DNA of 64,000 nucleotides from Acidobacteriota bacterium. Lineage in GTDB: Bacteria; Acidobacteriota; UBA6911; JACQSX01. Below the pieces are notes generated by a model. The model ran no database searches and had not been told where the DNA came from. It saw nothing but the letters and a program-made list of their open reading frames with translations. Shown here piece by piece: positions 35,662 through 46,046 of this stretch. Both the position numbers and the translations under genes were made by a program. Within the stretch, counting starts at the first letter, position 1, and each line of letters begins with the position of its first letter. Location: assembly GCA_016211105.1 (NCBI GenBank), contig JACQSX010000038.1, forward strand, positions 12,876 to 76,875, read 5' to 3'.

Positions 35662-38600
35662 TCAAAAAAGAAATTTCAGACCTAACTGAATTTGCCGAGC
35701 CGTCGTGGTCGTATTTGTTATGCGGCCAAAAGTCCTGCTTGGAATCCCCGACGCGTCCTGGAAGACGGCTGTACTGGGCGTACCGAAATTGGCGCGATTG
35801 AAAATGTTGAAGAACTCGGAACGAAACTGCAACCTGCGTTGCTCGTCAAAGGCGATGTTTTTCACCAATGAAAAGTCCAAGTTGGCCACCCCGGGAATGA
35901 TGCCGGTGTTACGCCCCAGGTTGCCAAAGAACCCAGCTTCCTGAAGTTCAAACTGGCTGCCATCCCAGTAGTTATCCGGGTTCCGATCTCTGAATGGGTT
36001 GTTGTTGCCACCGGGTCGTAGACTGGCTCGTTCTGCCGAGTTCGTCGGAGTCAGGTTGCTAGCCCGCGACCGATCGATGCTGATCCCAAGGAGAACAGGA
36101 TTTCCATCAGCCAAAGTCACGATACCGTTGAGCTGCCAGCCGCCCACCAGCTTGTCCCAGGCGCCGGCGGCCCCGATCGGAAGGTCATAGGAAAAGTTAA
36201 AAGTCGCCGTGTTCGTTACGTGGAAGCCCGCAAGCGCGTAATCTCTGCTGCGATCATGCGGATCCATCGTACCGACGCTCGTCCCGGGAACCTCGCCTCC
36301 GCCTGTCTGTCCGGAGGTCTCGTCCATCGTCTTTGAGAAAGTGTAGGAAACTTGAAACTGAAAGCCATGACTGAAACGCTTGTTGGCGGATATCTGAAGT
36401 CCATTGTAAGCGGCTTTTGTATCGAAAACCTTGCGGGCGATTACGCCAAAGGTGGGATTAAACCGCGGAGACCCGAGCGGAAAAAACTTGCGTCCGTCGG
36501 GCAACACTTCAAACCGCCGGATGTTCACATTTTGCTCTCTTCCCGCGTGCACTGTTTTTGAGCCGGCGTACCCCAGCGTCAGCACAAGATCGGGAAGAAT
36601 CTCACGCTGAACGTTCAAATTATATTTGAGCGTGTAAGGCAGACTGGGGCTGATGTCGATGGCGTCGATGAAAAAGGGCGGGATCGCGACGCCGGCGAGG
36701 GCTTCCGGACCGCTGGGAAATCCCGGAGGATTGTCCAGCAGCGGTCTTTGGAAGAAGGGAGGAAGGTTGGTGGCCGAAAAGATCCAATCGACCGGTAGCA
36801 AAACGTTGTAAAAAATCCCAAAGCCTCCCCGCAGCGCCGTTTTTCCATTGCCGAAAACATCCCACGCAAATCCCAGGCGAGGCGCCAAGCATTTCAAACA
36901 GGGGTTCTCGTAGAAACGATTCAGGATGGAGACCGCCTTGTCGGTCAACGGGTTGACCAGGTTGGCGACCTTTCCATTTACCTCGGTCGGCTCGGTGGTA
37001 AACTCATAGCGCAATCCCAGATTCAGGGTGAAGGTAGGCGTCACCTTTACATCATCTTGAATGTATGTCCCAAAGTACACCATGCGCCATCCCCGCACAG
37101 TATCCGAACCAGGGACCATGATGTCTAAACTGAACGGCGTGCCCCTGAGAAAACTTTCCACGCTGGTGAAACGCCACTCCCCCCTCTGTGAGAAGGCCGA
37201 GACGGTGTTGTAATGAATCCTTTTGATTTGGCCGCCGAAGCGCAACGAGTGTCGCCCCTTGTTATAAGAGACGTTGTCGATATATTCATACAGGTTCTGG
37301 GTCAAGACCCGGTCTGAGAGGCGACTGTACCCATGCGAGGAGAGCCCGGATACGACCAATCCGCCCAACGGTTGACCGGGGACGAAACTGAGCGCAGGAT
37401 CCAACGTAATAGTCTGCTTGGACACGGTTCCGTAAATGTTGCGATTGAAGGAAAAGCGAAACTCGTTGAGCAGAGCGGCTGAAATCACCTTCCTTTCCTC
37501 AATGGTCGTAAACTGCCGGCGGGTTTGGCCGATATCCTGAAAGCCGGGAAATGGTCGCTCGACGATAATCGAGGAATCGTCAAAACTATAGCGAACAAAC
37601 ATGGAATCCGACGCGGAAAAGCTATGATCGACTTTGATCAGGAAATAGTCCTCGTCGGTCGGCTGCGTGATCCCGCGAATAAACTCGGCCCGGCCGTCTC
37701 CGAAATCCCTTCCATTGGGGAGCGGGTACAGGTCGAGATAAGGTCGCACCCGAGGATTGATCGGGATCGTTCGGCCCCCCGGAAAGTTCCCTTTACGCCC
37801 CTCAGCCGTCAGGACATTTTCTATTCTCGTTAAACCCAGGCGATCGCGCAGGCCTTCGTAGCTGCCAAAGAAAAAGGTGTGATCCTTGCGAATGGGCCCA
37901 CCAAGCGTAAACCCAAACTGGTTTCGTTTGAATTCAGGTTTAGCTCGGTCAAAAAAATTGCGCGCGTCCAGGTTGTCGTTGCGGAGAAATTCAAAGGCCG
38001 ATCCATGCAATTCGTTGGTTCCAGACTTGGTCACCGCGTTGATAACTCCGCCCGCCACCTTTCCGTATTCAGCGCTGTAAATGCTGGTCAATACGGTAAA
38101 TTCCCGCACCGTTTCCACCCCCAGCGTGGTCCCGGACACACCCGCCGGAGTTCTTCCCATGACGTCTTGCACGTCGGATCCATCTAGGAGAAAGTTGTTC
38201 TGGTTGGGGCGGGCGCCCGATATGGAAACCCGCGGCCCAGCGCCAAAGATGGCATTGATCGTCTGTCCCATGGACGGCGGCGAGTAGACGCCTGCCTGAA
38301 GGGTCGCCAATTGACTGAAGTCCCGTCCGTTTAATGGCAGGTCGCGAATCTTCTTGTCGTCCACCAGCCCGGTGAGCGTCGAACTGGTCGTCTGTACCAG
38401 CGGCGCTTCCTCGCTGACGACCACTCTTTCGCTGATCTGCCCCACCTTCATCACAAAATCCAGCACCGCCTCCTGTCCCACGGACAGCTTGATTCCGCTG
38501 CGCACTGCGGTCTGGAATCCAGCCAGTTCCGCCTGTACCTCGTAGTTTCCTAGTTCCAAATTGGGTCCGTGATACCGGCCCGCGTCATCGCTGATCACCG

Positions 38601-38778
38601 CCCTTGTTCTTCCGGTGTCTAGATGCTTTATCGTCACCGACACACCCGGCAGTACGGCGCCCGTGTCGTCTTTGACCGTTCCGGAAATGGTTGCTGTGGT
38701 AGTCTGCGCCACGACCCTCTGGTAGCAGGAAACTGCGTAGAAAAACAAAATGGAAAAGTAAAAGGATCGTCGGAACAT
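35662..38778 (-). CDS. TonB-dependent receptor with N-terminal carboxypeptidase-regulatory-like domain
   Basis: 1038 aa with a signal peptide. 'TISGTVKDDTGAVLPGVSVTIKHLDTGRTR' marks the CarboxypepD_reg domain and 'LVDDKKIRDLPLNGRDFSQLATLQAGV' marks the plug. The C-terminal barrel ends 'LGLKFLF'. Confidence 0.9.
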   Translation of the reverse strand: MFRRSFYFSILFFYAVSCYQRVVAQTTTATISGTVKDDTGAVLPGVSVTIKHLDTGRTRAVISDDAGRYHGPNLELGNYEVQAELAGFQTAVRSGIKLSVGQEAVLDFVMKVGQISERVVVSEEAPLVQTTSSTLTGLVDDKKIRDLPLNGRDFSQLATLQAGVYSPPSMGQTINAIFGAGPRVSISGARPNQNNFLLDGSDVQDVMGRTPAGVSGTTLGVETVREFTVLTSIYSAEYGKVAGGVINAVTKSGTNELHGSAFEFLRNDNLDARNFFDRAKPEFKRNQFGFTLGGPIRKDHTFFFGSYEGLRDRLGLTRIENVLTAEGRKGNFPGGRTIPINPRVRPYLDLYPLPNGRDFGDGRAEFIRGITQPTDEDYFLIKVDHSFSASDSMFVRYSFDDSSIIVERPFPGFQDIGQTRRQFTTIEERKVISAALLNEFRFSFNRNIYGTVSKQTITLDPALSFVPGQPLGGLVVSGLSSHGYSRLSDRVLTQNLYEYIDNVSYNKGRHSLRFGGQIKRIHYNTVSAFSQRGEWRFTSVESFLRGTPFSLDIMVPGSDTVRGWRMVYFGTYIQDDVKVTPTFTLNLGLRYEFTTEPTEVNGKVANLVNPLTDKAVSILNRFYENPCLKCLAPRLGFAWDVFGNGKTALRGGFGIFYNVLLPVDWIFSATNLPPFFQRPLLDNPPGFPSGPEALAGVAIPPFFIDAIDISPSLPYTLKYNLNVQREILPDLVLTLGYAGSKTVHAGREQNVNIRRFEVLPDGRKFFPLGSPRFNPTFGVIARKVFDTKAAYNGLQISANKRFSHGFQFQVSYTFSKTMDETSGQTGGGEVPGTSVGTMDPHDRSRDYALAGFHVTNTATFNFSYDLPIGAAGAWDKLVGGWQLNGIVTLADGNPVLLGISIDRSRASNLTPTNSAERASLRPGGNNNPFRDRNPDNYWDGSQFELQEAGFFGNLGRNTGIIPGVANLDFSLVKNIAFDEQRRLQFRSEFFNIFNRANFGTPSTAVFQDASGIPSRTFGRITNTTTTARQIQLGLKFLF

Positions 38779-38956
38779 CGCATTCCCTCCCCTCGTTGAA
38801 AGCGATCAGCGTCGCGATGCGCGCCGGAAAGGATTCCCAGCTCACTTGCCCTTGCGCCTACCGCGTCTGCAGGAATGCCAGTGTAGTGGAATATCCGGCT
38901 ATCGCAGTCGCCAGCGGACCCTCTCGCCAACCGTAAATTTCAACGCTCTTAAAGGA

Positions 38957-38985
38957 CGTATACTCGAAGAGGGTACCGATGTCAA
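38957..38985 (-). promoter_or_regulatory. Candidate sigma70 promoter for the receptor gene 35662-38778
   Basis: The minus strand reads TTGACA-17 nt-TATACG. Confidence 0.3.
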
Positions 38986-39008
38986 TGAAAATAAAAAGCT
39001 GTTTTTAT

Positions 39009-39035
39009 TTGACATTGCGGCAACCGTTGTATTAA
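39009..39035 (+). promoter_or_regulatory. Candidate sigma70 promoter for the receptor gene 39227-42346
   Basis: TTGACA-15 nt-TATTAA. The first 16 nt (TTGACATTGCGGCAAC) are identical to 33870-33885, ahead of the receptor remnant. Confidence 0.35.
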
Positions 39036-39226
39036 CTCTCCACCCTCAGTTTTTTGCGGTTGCTTTCAAATCGACAAAAAGCCGACTGAACAACCGTGGG
39101 ACAATCGATAAGAAATTTAGGTCATTTTTTGCAAATAAGCGGGTAGCGTTGGAATCATAAACATCCGACCAATAGCACAGCAGTGAAATCTGCTCCCTTC
39201 GGTCGTTTTTAGGTCGCGAGGTATTC

Positions 39227-42200
39227 ATGCTTAAGAAATTTTTTAGTGCGGGCACGATGATCTTTCTTTGTTTCGTTTTTTGCGCCCCTATTGCCTTAGC
39301 GCAGACAACCGCAACCATCATTGGCACGGTCAAGGATGACACCGGCGCTATCCTGCCTGGGGTTTCCATTGTGGTGAAACACCTGGACACGGGGAGAACC
39401 CGGGATCTCGTCACCGATGATGCCGGGAGGTATTCAGCCTCCAATCTGGACTTGGGGAACTATGAACTGCAGGCTGAATTGGCCGGTTTTCAGACGGCGG
39501 TGAGAAGTGGCGTCAAACTTTCAGTAGGGCAAGAAGTGGTGCTGGATTTTGTAATGAAGGTAGGCCAGATCAGTGAGAAAGTAGTGGTCAGCGGCGAGGC
39601 TCCATTGGTTCAGACCACCAGCTCAACCATCACGGCGCTCGTTGATGACAAGAAAATTCGTGATTTGCCGTTGAACGGGCGGGACTTTAGTCAATTGGCC
39701 ACACTTCAGGCCGGTGTGTATGCTCCTCCCACGATGGGCCAAACCCTTACAGCGATCTTCGGGGCCGGACCGCGCATTTCCATTTCAGGCGCTCGTGCCA
39801 ACCAGAACAACTTCCTGTTAGACGGATCGGATGTGCAGGACGCCACCGGGAGGACTCCAGCCGGCGTGTCCGGGACCACCCTTGGAGTGGAGACGGTCAG
39901 GGAATTCAGCGTCTTGACCAGCATCTACAGCGCCGAATATGGGAAGGTATCCGGAGGCGTTATCAACGCGGTGACCAAGTCGGGAAGCAATGAATTGCAT
40001 GGAACAGTGTTTGAATTTCTGCGCAACGACAACCTGGATGCACGCAATTTCTTTGATCGGACCAAACCGGAATTTAAGAGAAATCAATTTGGATTTACGG
40101 CAGGTGGTCCCATCCGCAAGGACCGGACCTTTTTCTTTGGCAGCTACGAAGGACTTCGAGATCGCCTCGGTTTGACGCAGCGCAACACAGTCCCGACCGT
40201 GGAAGCTCGTCAAGGGATCCTTCCGAGTGGAACCATCGTAGTCAGCCCCGCCGTCAAGCCTTACCTGGCCTTGTATCCGCTGCCGACGCCGGGCGGAAGG
40301 AATCTGGGAGGTGGATTCGCTGAGTATATTCGCTCTGTGGGCCAGCCGACCGACGAAAATTATTTTTTGGTTAAAGTCGATCAGACGCTCTCAAGTTCTG
40401 ATTCCATTTTTGTCCGCTATAGCCGTGACAATTCCTCAATCGATGCTCCGCAACCCTTCCCGGGCTTTGAGAATTTAGGGAAAACCAGAAGAAATTTCAC
40501 GACGATTACAGAAAAGAAGATTATTTCACCGAACCTTCTCAATGAGTTCAGTTTCTCCTTCAATCGCAATATCTATGGCGTGGGAAACCTTCAGACTATT
40601 ACGCTGGATCCATCGCTGAGCTTCGTTCCCGGGAAACCCTTTGGCATGCTTGGCGTGTCTGGGTTGTCCACTTATGGTTACAATGGCCGGCAGGATCGGT
40701 TTCTAACCCAGAATCTATTTGAAGGAATAGACAATTTCTCTTACACCAGAGGCCGGCAATCCTTTCGCTTTGGAGTTCAGTTCAAGAGAATTCAATTCAA
40801 CACTACCTCGGCTTTTATGGCCAATGGGAATTGGGAGTTCGCAAGTTTGCAGAGTTTTCTTACGGCGCAGCCAAGGACTTTGGATATTTCGCTCCCGGAT
40901 TCGGATACGCATCGCGGATTTCGGCAGATTTACTTTGGGGCCTACATCCAAGATGACGTAAAACTGACGCCTACCTTTACGCTCAATTTAGGACTTCGCT
41001 ACGAGTTTGCCACCGAACCGACAGAAGTCAACGGTAAGGTAGCCAACCTGGTCCACCCTTTGACCGACACCCAAGCATCGGTAATAGAGACGCTGTATCA
41101 GAATCCCTGCCTAAAGTGCGCGGCGCCGCGCGTCGGGTTTGCCTGGGATATTTTCGGTAATGGGAAAACGTCGCTGCGTGGAGGCTTCGGCATTTTCTAC
41201 AATGTCTTACTTCCCGCCGACTGGATCTTTTCCGCCACCAACCTGCCGCCGTTTTTCAAGCGGCCGCTGCTATTCTCCCCTCCTGGGTTTCCGAGCGTAC
41301 CCGCGGCGCTGGCCAGTGTGGCGATACCTCCGTATGGACCAGATTTTATCGATATCAAGCCGGCGCAACCGTATTTGATTAAATACAACTTGAACATCCA
41401 GCGGGAAATTTTTCGCGATTTGGTTGTCACCATCGGTTACACAGGATCAAAGGCAGTGCACGCGGGACGAATCCAGAACCTGAACGTCTTTCAGTTTCAA
41501 GTTCTTCCCAACGGTGAGAAGTTTTTCCCGGCCGTCTCACCGCGGATTAACCCGGCTTTCTCCACCTACGCATACAAAGTCTTCGATACAAAAGCCCTTT
41601 ACAATGCGCTCCAAGTATCCGCCAACAAGCGCTTCAGCCACGGATTTCAGTTGCAGGTCTCTTATTCATTCTCCAAGACCATGGACGAGGCCTCGGGACA
41701 TACAGGAGGAGGCGATGTAACCGGGGCGAGTATTATGTCGATGGATCCGTATGACCGGAGTCGGGATTATGGCCCGTCGGGCTTCGACGTTAGAAACACC
41801 GCCAGCATCAACTTTGGTTATGATTTACCTCTCAAATTTACCGGCGTGTTGGACAGGCTTGCAGGAGGTTGGCAAGTTAATGGGATTCTCACCTTAGCTA
41901 ATGGAAGCGCCGTAAATTTTACTACCAGTGTTGAGCGCTCTCGGTCCGGAAGCACCAATCCCATCGCTGGCGCCTGGGAGCGGCCCAATCTCAAACCCGG
42001 TGGAGACAACAATCCAGTCACCGGCAACCCGAACAGGTGGTGGGACGGGAATCAGTTTCAGCTTCAGGATGCAGGGTTCTTTGGCAACCTGGGGCGCAAT
42101 ACCGGTATTACCCCGGGGGTGAAGAACTTTGACTTTTCCATCATCAAGAATATAGCCATTACCGAACAGCGGTCAGTGCAGTTCCGCACTGAGTTTTTCA

Positions 42201-42346
42201 ACATTTTCAACCATGCCAACTTTGGTTTGCCGAATCTAACGGTCTTTAACAACACCACAGGCAACCCCAGTACCACATTCGGTCTGGTAAGCTCGACCAG
42301 CCTCACCGCTCGGCAGGTTCAATTTGCGTTAAAGTTTCTTTTCTAG
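39227..42346 (+). CDS. TonB-dependent receptor with CarboxypepD_reg domain (paralogue)
   Basis: 1039 aa. It shares long identical stretches with the other copies (for example 'LVDDKKIRDLPLNGRDFSQLATLQAGVY' and 'FEFLRNDNLDARNFFDR') and ends 'ALKFLF'. Confidence 0.9.
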   Translation: MLKKFFSAGTMIFLCFVFCAPIALAQTTATIIGTVKDDTGAILPGVSIVVKHLDTGRTRDLVTDDAGRYSASNLDLGNYELQAELAGFQTAVRSGVKLSVGQEVVLDFVMKVGQISEKVVVSGEAPLVQTTSSTITALVDDKKIRDLPLNGRDFSQLATLQAGVYAPPTMGQTLTAIFGAGPRISISGARANQNNFLLDGSDVQDATGRTPAGVSGTTLGVETVREFSVLTSIYSAEYGKVSGGVINAVTKSGSNELHGTVFEFLRNDNLDARNFFDRTKPEFKRNQFGFTAGGPIRKDRTFFFGSYEGLRDRLGLTQRNTVPTVEARQGILPSGTIVVSPAVKPYLALYPLPTPGGRNLGGGFAEYIRSVGQPTDENYFLVKVDQTLSSSDSIFVRYSRDNSSIDAPQPFPGFENLGKTRRNFTTITEKKIISPNLLNEFSFSFNRNIYGVGNLQTITLDPSLSFVPGKPFGMLGVSGLSTYGYNGRQDRFLTQNLFEGIDNFSYTRGRQSFRFGVQFKRIQFNTTSAFMANGNWEFASLQSFLTAQPRTLDISLPDSDTHRGFRQIYFGAYIQDDVKLTPTFTLNLGLRYEFATEPTEVNGKVANLVHPLTDTQASVIETLYQNPCLKCAAPRVGFAWDIFGNGKTSLRGGFGIFYNVLLPADWIFSATNLPPFFKRPLLFSPPGFPSVPAALASVAIPPYGPDFIDIKPAQPYLIKYNLNIQREIFRDLVVTIGYTGSKAVHAGRIQNLNVFQFQVLPNGEKFFPAVSPRINPAFSTYAYKVFDTKALYNALQVSANKRFSHGFQLQVSYSFSKTMDEASGHTGGGDVTGASIMSMDPYDRSRDYGPSGFDVRNTASINFGYDLPLKFTGVLDRLAGGWQVNGILTLANGSAVNFTTSVERSRSGSTNPIAGAWERPNLKPGGDNNPVTGNPNRWWDGNQFQLQDAGFFGNLGRNTGITPGVKNFDFSIIKNIAITEQRSVQFRTEFFNIFNHANFGLPNLTVFNNTTGNPSTTFGLVSSTSLTARQVQFALKFLF

Positions 42347-42352
42347 CCTTGA

Positions 42353-42380
42353 GCGCCTTCCCCAATTTGTGCGAAGGCGC
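42353..42380 (+). terminator. Possible stem-loop terminator
   Basis: GCGCCTTC-12 nt loop-GAAGGCGC begins 7 nt after the stop codon. No U-tract follows. Confidence 0.3.
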
Positions 42381-42780
42381 CGACGGACTGCGGGTCATCT
42401 CGGTCATTAATTATTGCACGTTGGCCAGGACACCTCAAAGGAGTCCGAGGACTGACAAGATTATCAGGTAAACAAACCACAAACGCCACTCCTGATCACA
42501 AACACTGTTGTGACTTGCTTTTATACTTGACTGTCCTCATGGTGATTGTCTTGGTCCCGTCTGATTGCCCGCAGATTTTGGTCGCATGACAATCACAGAA
42601 TCCCACTTCAATAGGTCATTCGTATGACCGGATTCGGGATATTGGATCTTATAGATCCAAATCCCCGAATCTAGAGGCTGTAAATAGCTGTAAATAATTG
42701 ATTTTATTTCTGGCACACTCTGGTACTGTGATTGCTTAGATGCTGGCAACAAGTCGAAGTTCTTGGCTTTGGAGGCTATG

Positions 42781-45700
42781 ATGCTGAAGAAATTTTTTAG
42801 TTCCGCTACTATTATTCTTGCTTATCTGGTTTTTTGCTCCCATGTTTCCTTAGCGCAGACGACTGCAACCATCACGGGTACCGTAAAGGACGACACAGGC
42901 GCGGTCTTGCCTGGGGTTTCCGTTGTGCTGAAGCACGTGGACACGGGAAGGACCAGGACCGTGGTCACCGATGACGCCGGAAGGTATTCCGCTCCCAATC
43001 TGGAATTGGGGAACTATGAACTGCAGGCGGAATTGACCGGTTTTCAGACGGCAGTGAGAAGCGGTATCAAACTTTCGGTAGGACAAGAGGCGGTGCTAGA
43101 TTTTGTGATGAAGGTGGGACAGATCAGCGAGAGGGTGGTGGTCAGTGGAGAAGCGCCGCTGGTACAGACGACCAGTTCAACGCTCACCGGGCTGGTGGAC
43201 GACAAGAAGATTCGCGACCTGCCATTGAACGGACGGGACTTCAGCCAATTGGCGACCCTTCAAGCCGGCGTCTACGCTCCCCCTTCCATGGGGCAAAGTA
43301 TCAGCTCCATCTTCGGCGCCGGACCGCGGATCTCCATTTCGGGCGCTCGTCCGAACCAGAACAATTTTCTTTTAGACGGATCGGATGTGCAGGACGCCAC
43401 CGGCAGAACCCCGGCGGGCGTGTCGGGCACCACGCTGGGTGTGGAGACGGTACGGGAGTTTACGGTGTTGACCAGCATCTACAGCGCCGAGTATGGAAAG
43501 GTGGCCGGAGGGGTTATCAACGCAGTGACCAAGTCTGGGACCAACGAATTGCATGGGACGGTGTTTGAATTCCTCCGCAATGACAACCTGGACGCTCGGA
43601 ATTTCTTCGACCGAACCAAGCCGGAGTTCAAGAGAAATCAGTTTGGGTTTACTGCGGGCGGGCCCATTCGGAAAGATCGAACCTTTTTCTTTGGAAGCTA
43701 CGAAGGGCTCCGGGATCGCCTCGGCCTGACGAGCCGCGAAACCGTTTTGACCCCGGAAGCCCGACAGGGGATCTTTCCCGGTGGCAGGGTCGTCCCGGTG
43801 AATCCCCGAGTCAAACCCTACCTGGACCTTTACCCTCTTCCCACTCCCGGCGGAAGGAACTTTGGAGATGGTCGAGCCGAGTTCATCCGTGGGGTCAACC
43901 AGCCGACCGAAGAAGATTATTTTTTGGTCAAAGTTGATCACAATCTTTCCAGTTCGGACTCTATTTTTGTCCGCTACAGTTTTGACGATTCAGCGATCAC
44001 CGTCCAGCGGCCTTTTCCTGGTTTTCAGGACGAAGGCAAGACACGAAGACAATTTACGACGATCGAAGAAAAGAAAGTAATTTCTGCCTCTCTGCTCAAT
44101 GAATTTCGTTTTTCCTTCAACCGAAACATCTATGGCGTAGGAACGCGACAGACCATTACGCTGGACCCATCGCTAAGCTTCGTGCCTGGCACTCTTATGG
44201 GCCAACTCGACGTGGGTGGTCTTTCCACGTACGGTTACAATGGCCGCCAGGACCGATTCCTGACCCAAAATCTGTTTGAGTATATTGACAACGTTTCCTA
44301 CACTCGAGGTCGCCACTCCTTCCGGTTCGGAGGCCAACTAAAGAGAATTCAGTTCAACGCCGTTTCCGCGTTCATGCAGAATGGGAGATGGGCTTTCACC
44401 AGCGTGGACAGTTTTCTCAGAGGGCAGACCTTTCAATTAGACATCATGGTTCCGGGTTCAGACACGAACCGTGGATTTCGCCAAGTGTACTTTGGGACCT
44501 ACATTCAGGATGATGTAAAGCTGACGCCCACTTTCACCCTCAACCTGGGACTCCGCTACGAGTTTTCAACGGAGCCAACGGAGGTGAACGGAAAGGTAGC
44601 TAACCTGGTGCATCCGCTGACGGACAAAGAGGTGTCGGTGGTAGAAACGCTCTACGAAAATCCTTGTCTTAAATGTCTTTCGCCGCGCGTTGGGTTTGCG
44701 TGGGACGTTTTCGGCGATGCCAAGACAGCCCTGCGTGGAGGTTTTGGAATCTTTTACAACGTCTTGCTGCCGACGGACTGGATCTTCTCGGCAACCAACT
44801 TGCCCCCGTTCTTTAAGAGACCTCTCTTATTTAGTCCCCCTGGTTTTCCAAGCGTTCCTGAAGCCCTGGCGAGTGTGGCGATTCCCCCCTTCGGACTGGA
44901 TTTCATCGATTCCAAGCCAGCCCAGCCTTACCTGCTCAAGTACAACTTGAATATTCAGCGCCAGATCCTTCCCGATCTGGTTGTGACGGTAGGATACTCG
45001 GGGTCGAGGACGGTGCACTCGGGAAGACAGCAAAATTTGAACATCAATCAATTCCAGATTCTGCCCGACGGACGGAAGTTCTTCCCGGTGGGGGCCCTGC
45101 GGTTTAACCCGATCTTTTCCGCCTACGCCTTTAAGGTCTTTGACTCAACAACCACCTATAATGCGCTCCAGTTATCGGTCAACAAGCGCTTCAGCCATGG
45201 CCTGGAGTTCCAACTCTCGTACACGTTTTCCAAGAGCATGGATGAGACTTCAGGACATTCCGGTTCGGGGGAATCAACCGGGACTACGATTGGATCGATG
45301 GATCCCCATGACCGAAGCCGCGACTACGCGCTTTCCGGCTTCCATGTGAAAAACGCCGCGACCTTCAACTTCAGCTACACCTTGCCCATCAAGGTGAGTG
45401 GAGCGTTGGACAGGTTGGTTGGGGGCTGGCAGGTCAATGGCATCCTCACCCTGGCCGACGGAAGTCCGATCAATATGATCAATAGCGTCGATCGATCTCG
45501 CGCCGGTAACTCCACCGTAACGCAGGGCCTGCACGACCGCCCCGACCTGAAATCGGGTGGTAACAACAATCCATTCAAGGACCGGGATCCCAACAATTAC
45601 TGGGATGGTGCCCAATTCCAGCTTCAGGAACCGGGGTTCTTTGGCAACTTGGGACGCAATACCGGTATCATTCCCGGGATCGCAACATTTGACTTTTCAC

Positions 45701-45906
45701 TGATAAAAAATATTTCCATCGACGAGCGGCGAACGATCCAATTTCGATCTGAGTTCTTCAATATTTTCAACCGTGCTAACTTCGGTTTGCCCAGCAACAC
45801 TGTGTTTCAAGACACTTCAGGAATTCCCAGCAGTACTTTTGGGCGTATCACGACCACGAACACAACGGCTCGGCAGGTTCAACTGGCGCTCAAATTTCTC
45901 TTCTAG
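42781..45906 (+). CDS. TonB-dependent receptor with CarboxypepD_reg domain (paralogue)
   Basis: Start taken at 'MLKKFFSSATIIL' (ATG 42781, GGAGG 5 nt upstream), matching the paralogue start 'MLKKFFSAGTMIF'. It ends 'ALKFLF'. Confidence 0.9.
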   Translation: MLKKFFSSATIILAYLVFCSHVSLAQTTATITGTVKDDTGAVLPGVSVVLKHVDTGRTRTVVTDDAGRYSAPNLELGNYELQAELTGFQTAVRSGIKLSVGQEAVLDFVMKVGQISERVVVSGEAPLVQTTSSTLTGLVDDKKIRDLPLNGRDFSQLATLQAGVYAPPSMGQSISSIFGAGPRISISGARPNQNNFLLDGSDVQDATGRTPAGVSGTTLGVETVREFTVLTSIYSAEYGKVAGGVINAVTKSGTNELHGTVFEFLRNDNLDARNFFDRTKPEFKRNQFGFTAGGPIRKDRTFFFGSYEGLRDRLGLTSRETVLTPEARQGIFPGGRVVPVNPRVKPYLDLYPLPTPGGRNFGDGRAEFIRGVNQPTEEDYFLVKVDHNLSSSDSIFVRYSFDDSAITVQRPFPGFQDEGKTRRQFTTIEEKKVISASLLNEFRFSFNRNIYGVGTRQTITLDPSLSFVPGTLMGQLDVGGLSTYGYNGRQDRFLTQNLFEYIDNVSYTRGRHSFRFGGQLKRIQFNAVSAFMQNGRWAFTSVDSFLRGQTFQLDIMVPGSDTNRGFRQVYFGTYIQDDVKLTPTFTLNLGLRYEFSTEPTEVNGKVANLVHPLTDKEVSVVETLYENPCLKCLSPRVGFAWDVFGDAKTALRGGFGIFYNVLLPTDWIFSATNLPPFFKRPLLFSPPGFPSVPEALASVAIPPFGLDFIDSKPAQPYLLKYNLNIQRQILPDLVVTVGYSGSRTVHSGRQQNLNINQFQILPDGRKFFPVGALRFNPIFSAYAFKVFDSTTTYNALQLSVNKRFSHGLEFQLSYTFSKSMDETSGHSGSGESTGTTIGSMDPHDRSRDYALSGFHVKNAATFNFSYTLPIKVSGALDRLVGGWQVNGILTLADGSPINMINSVDRSRAGNSTVTQGLHDRPDLKSGGNNNPFKDRDPNNYWDGAQFQLQEPGFFGNLGRNTGIIPGIATFDFSLIKNISIDERRTIQFRSEFFNIFNRANFGLPSNTVFQDTSGIPSSTFGRITTTNTTARQVQLALKFLF

Positions 45907-46046
45907 CCGGAAACTGAAAGCTTGATTTGACGGGAAAGTCCGAGCCACAGGTTGCCACAGGCCAAAGGCGTATACGCTTGGGTCTACTGGGTCCACGCAA
46001 CGTGTCGCAAAGCTGCAGGACATCCATGGAAGGAGCCTAATCCGCC

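Noticed and set aside
39040-39226. A cobalamin or other riboswitch in the long leader of the receptor gene.
   Set aside because: I found no B12-box-like sequence or other riboswitch core that I recognise, only short generic hairpins. A covariance-model scan is needed to exclude it.
42702-42727. A possible sigma54 promoter starting at TGGCAC upstream of the third receptor gene.
   Set aside because: The required GG-N10-GC spacing is not met. The nearest TTGC lies about 20 nt downstream of the GG.
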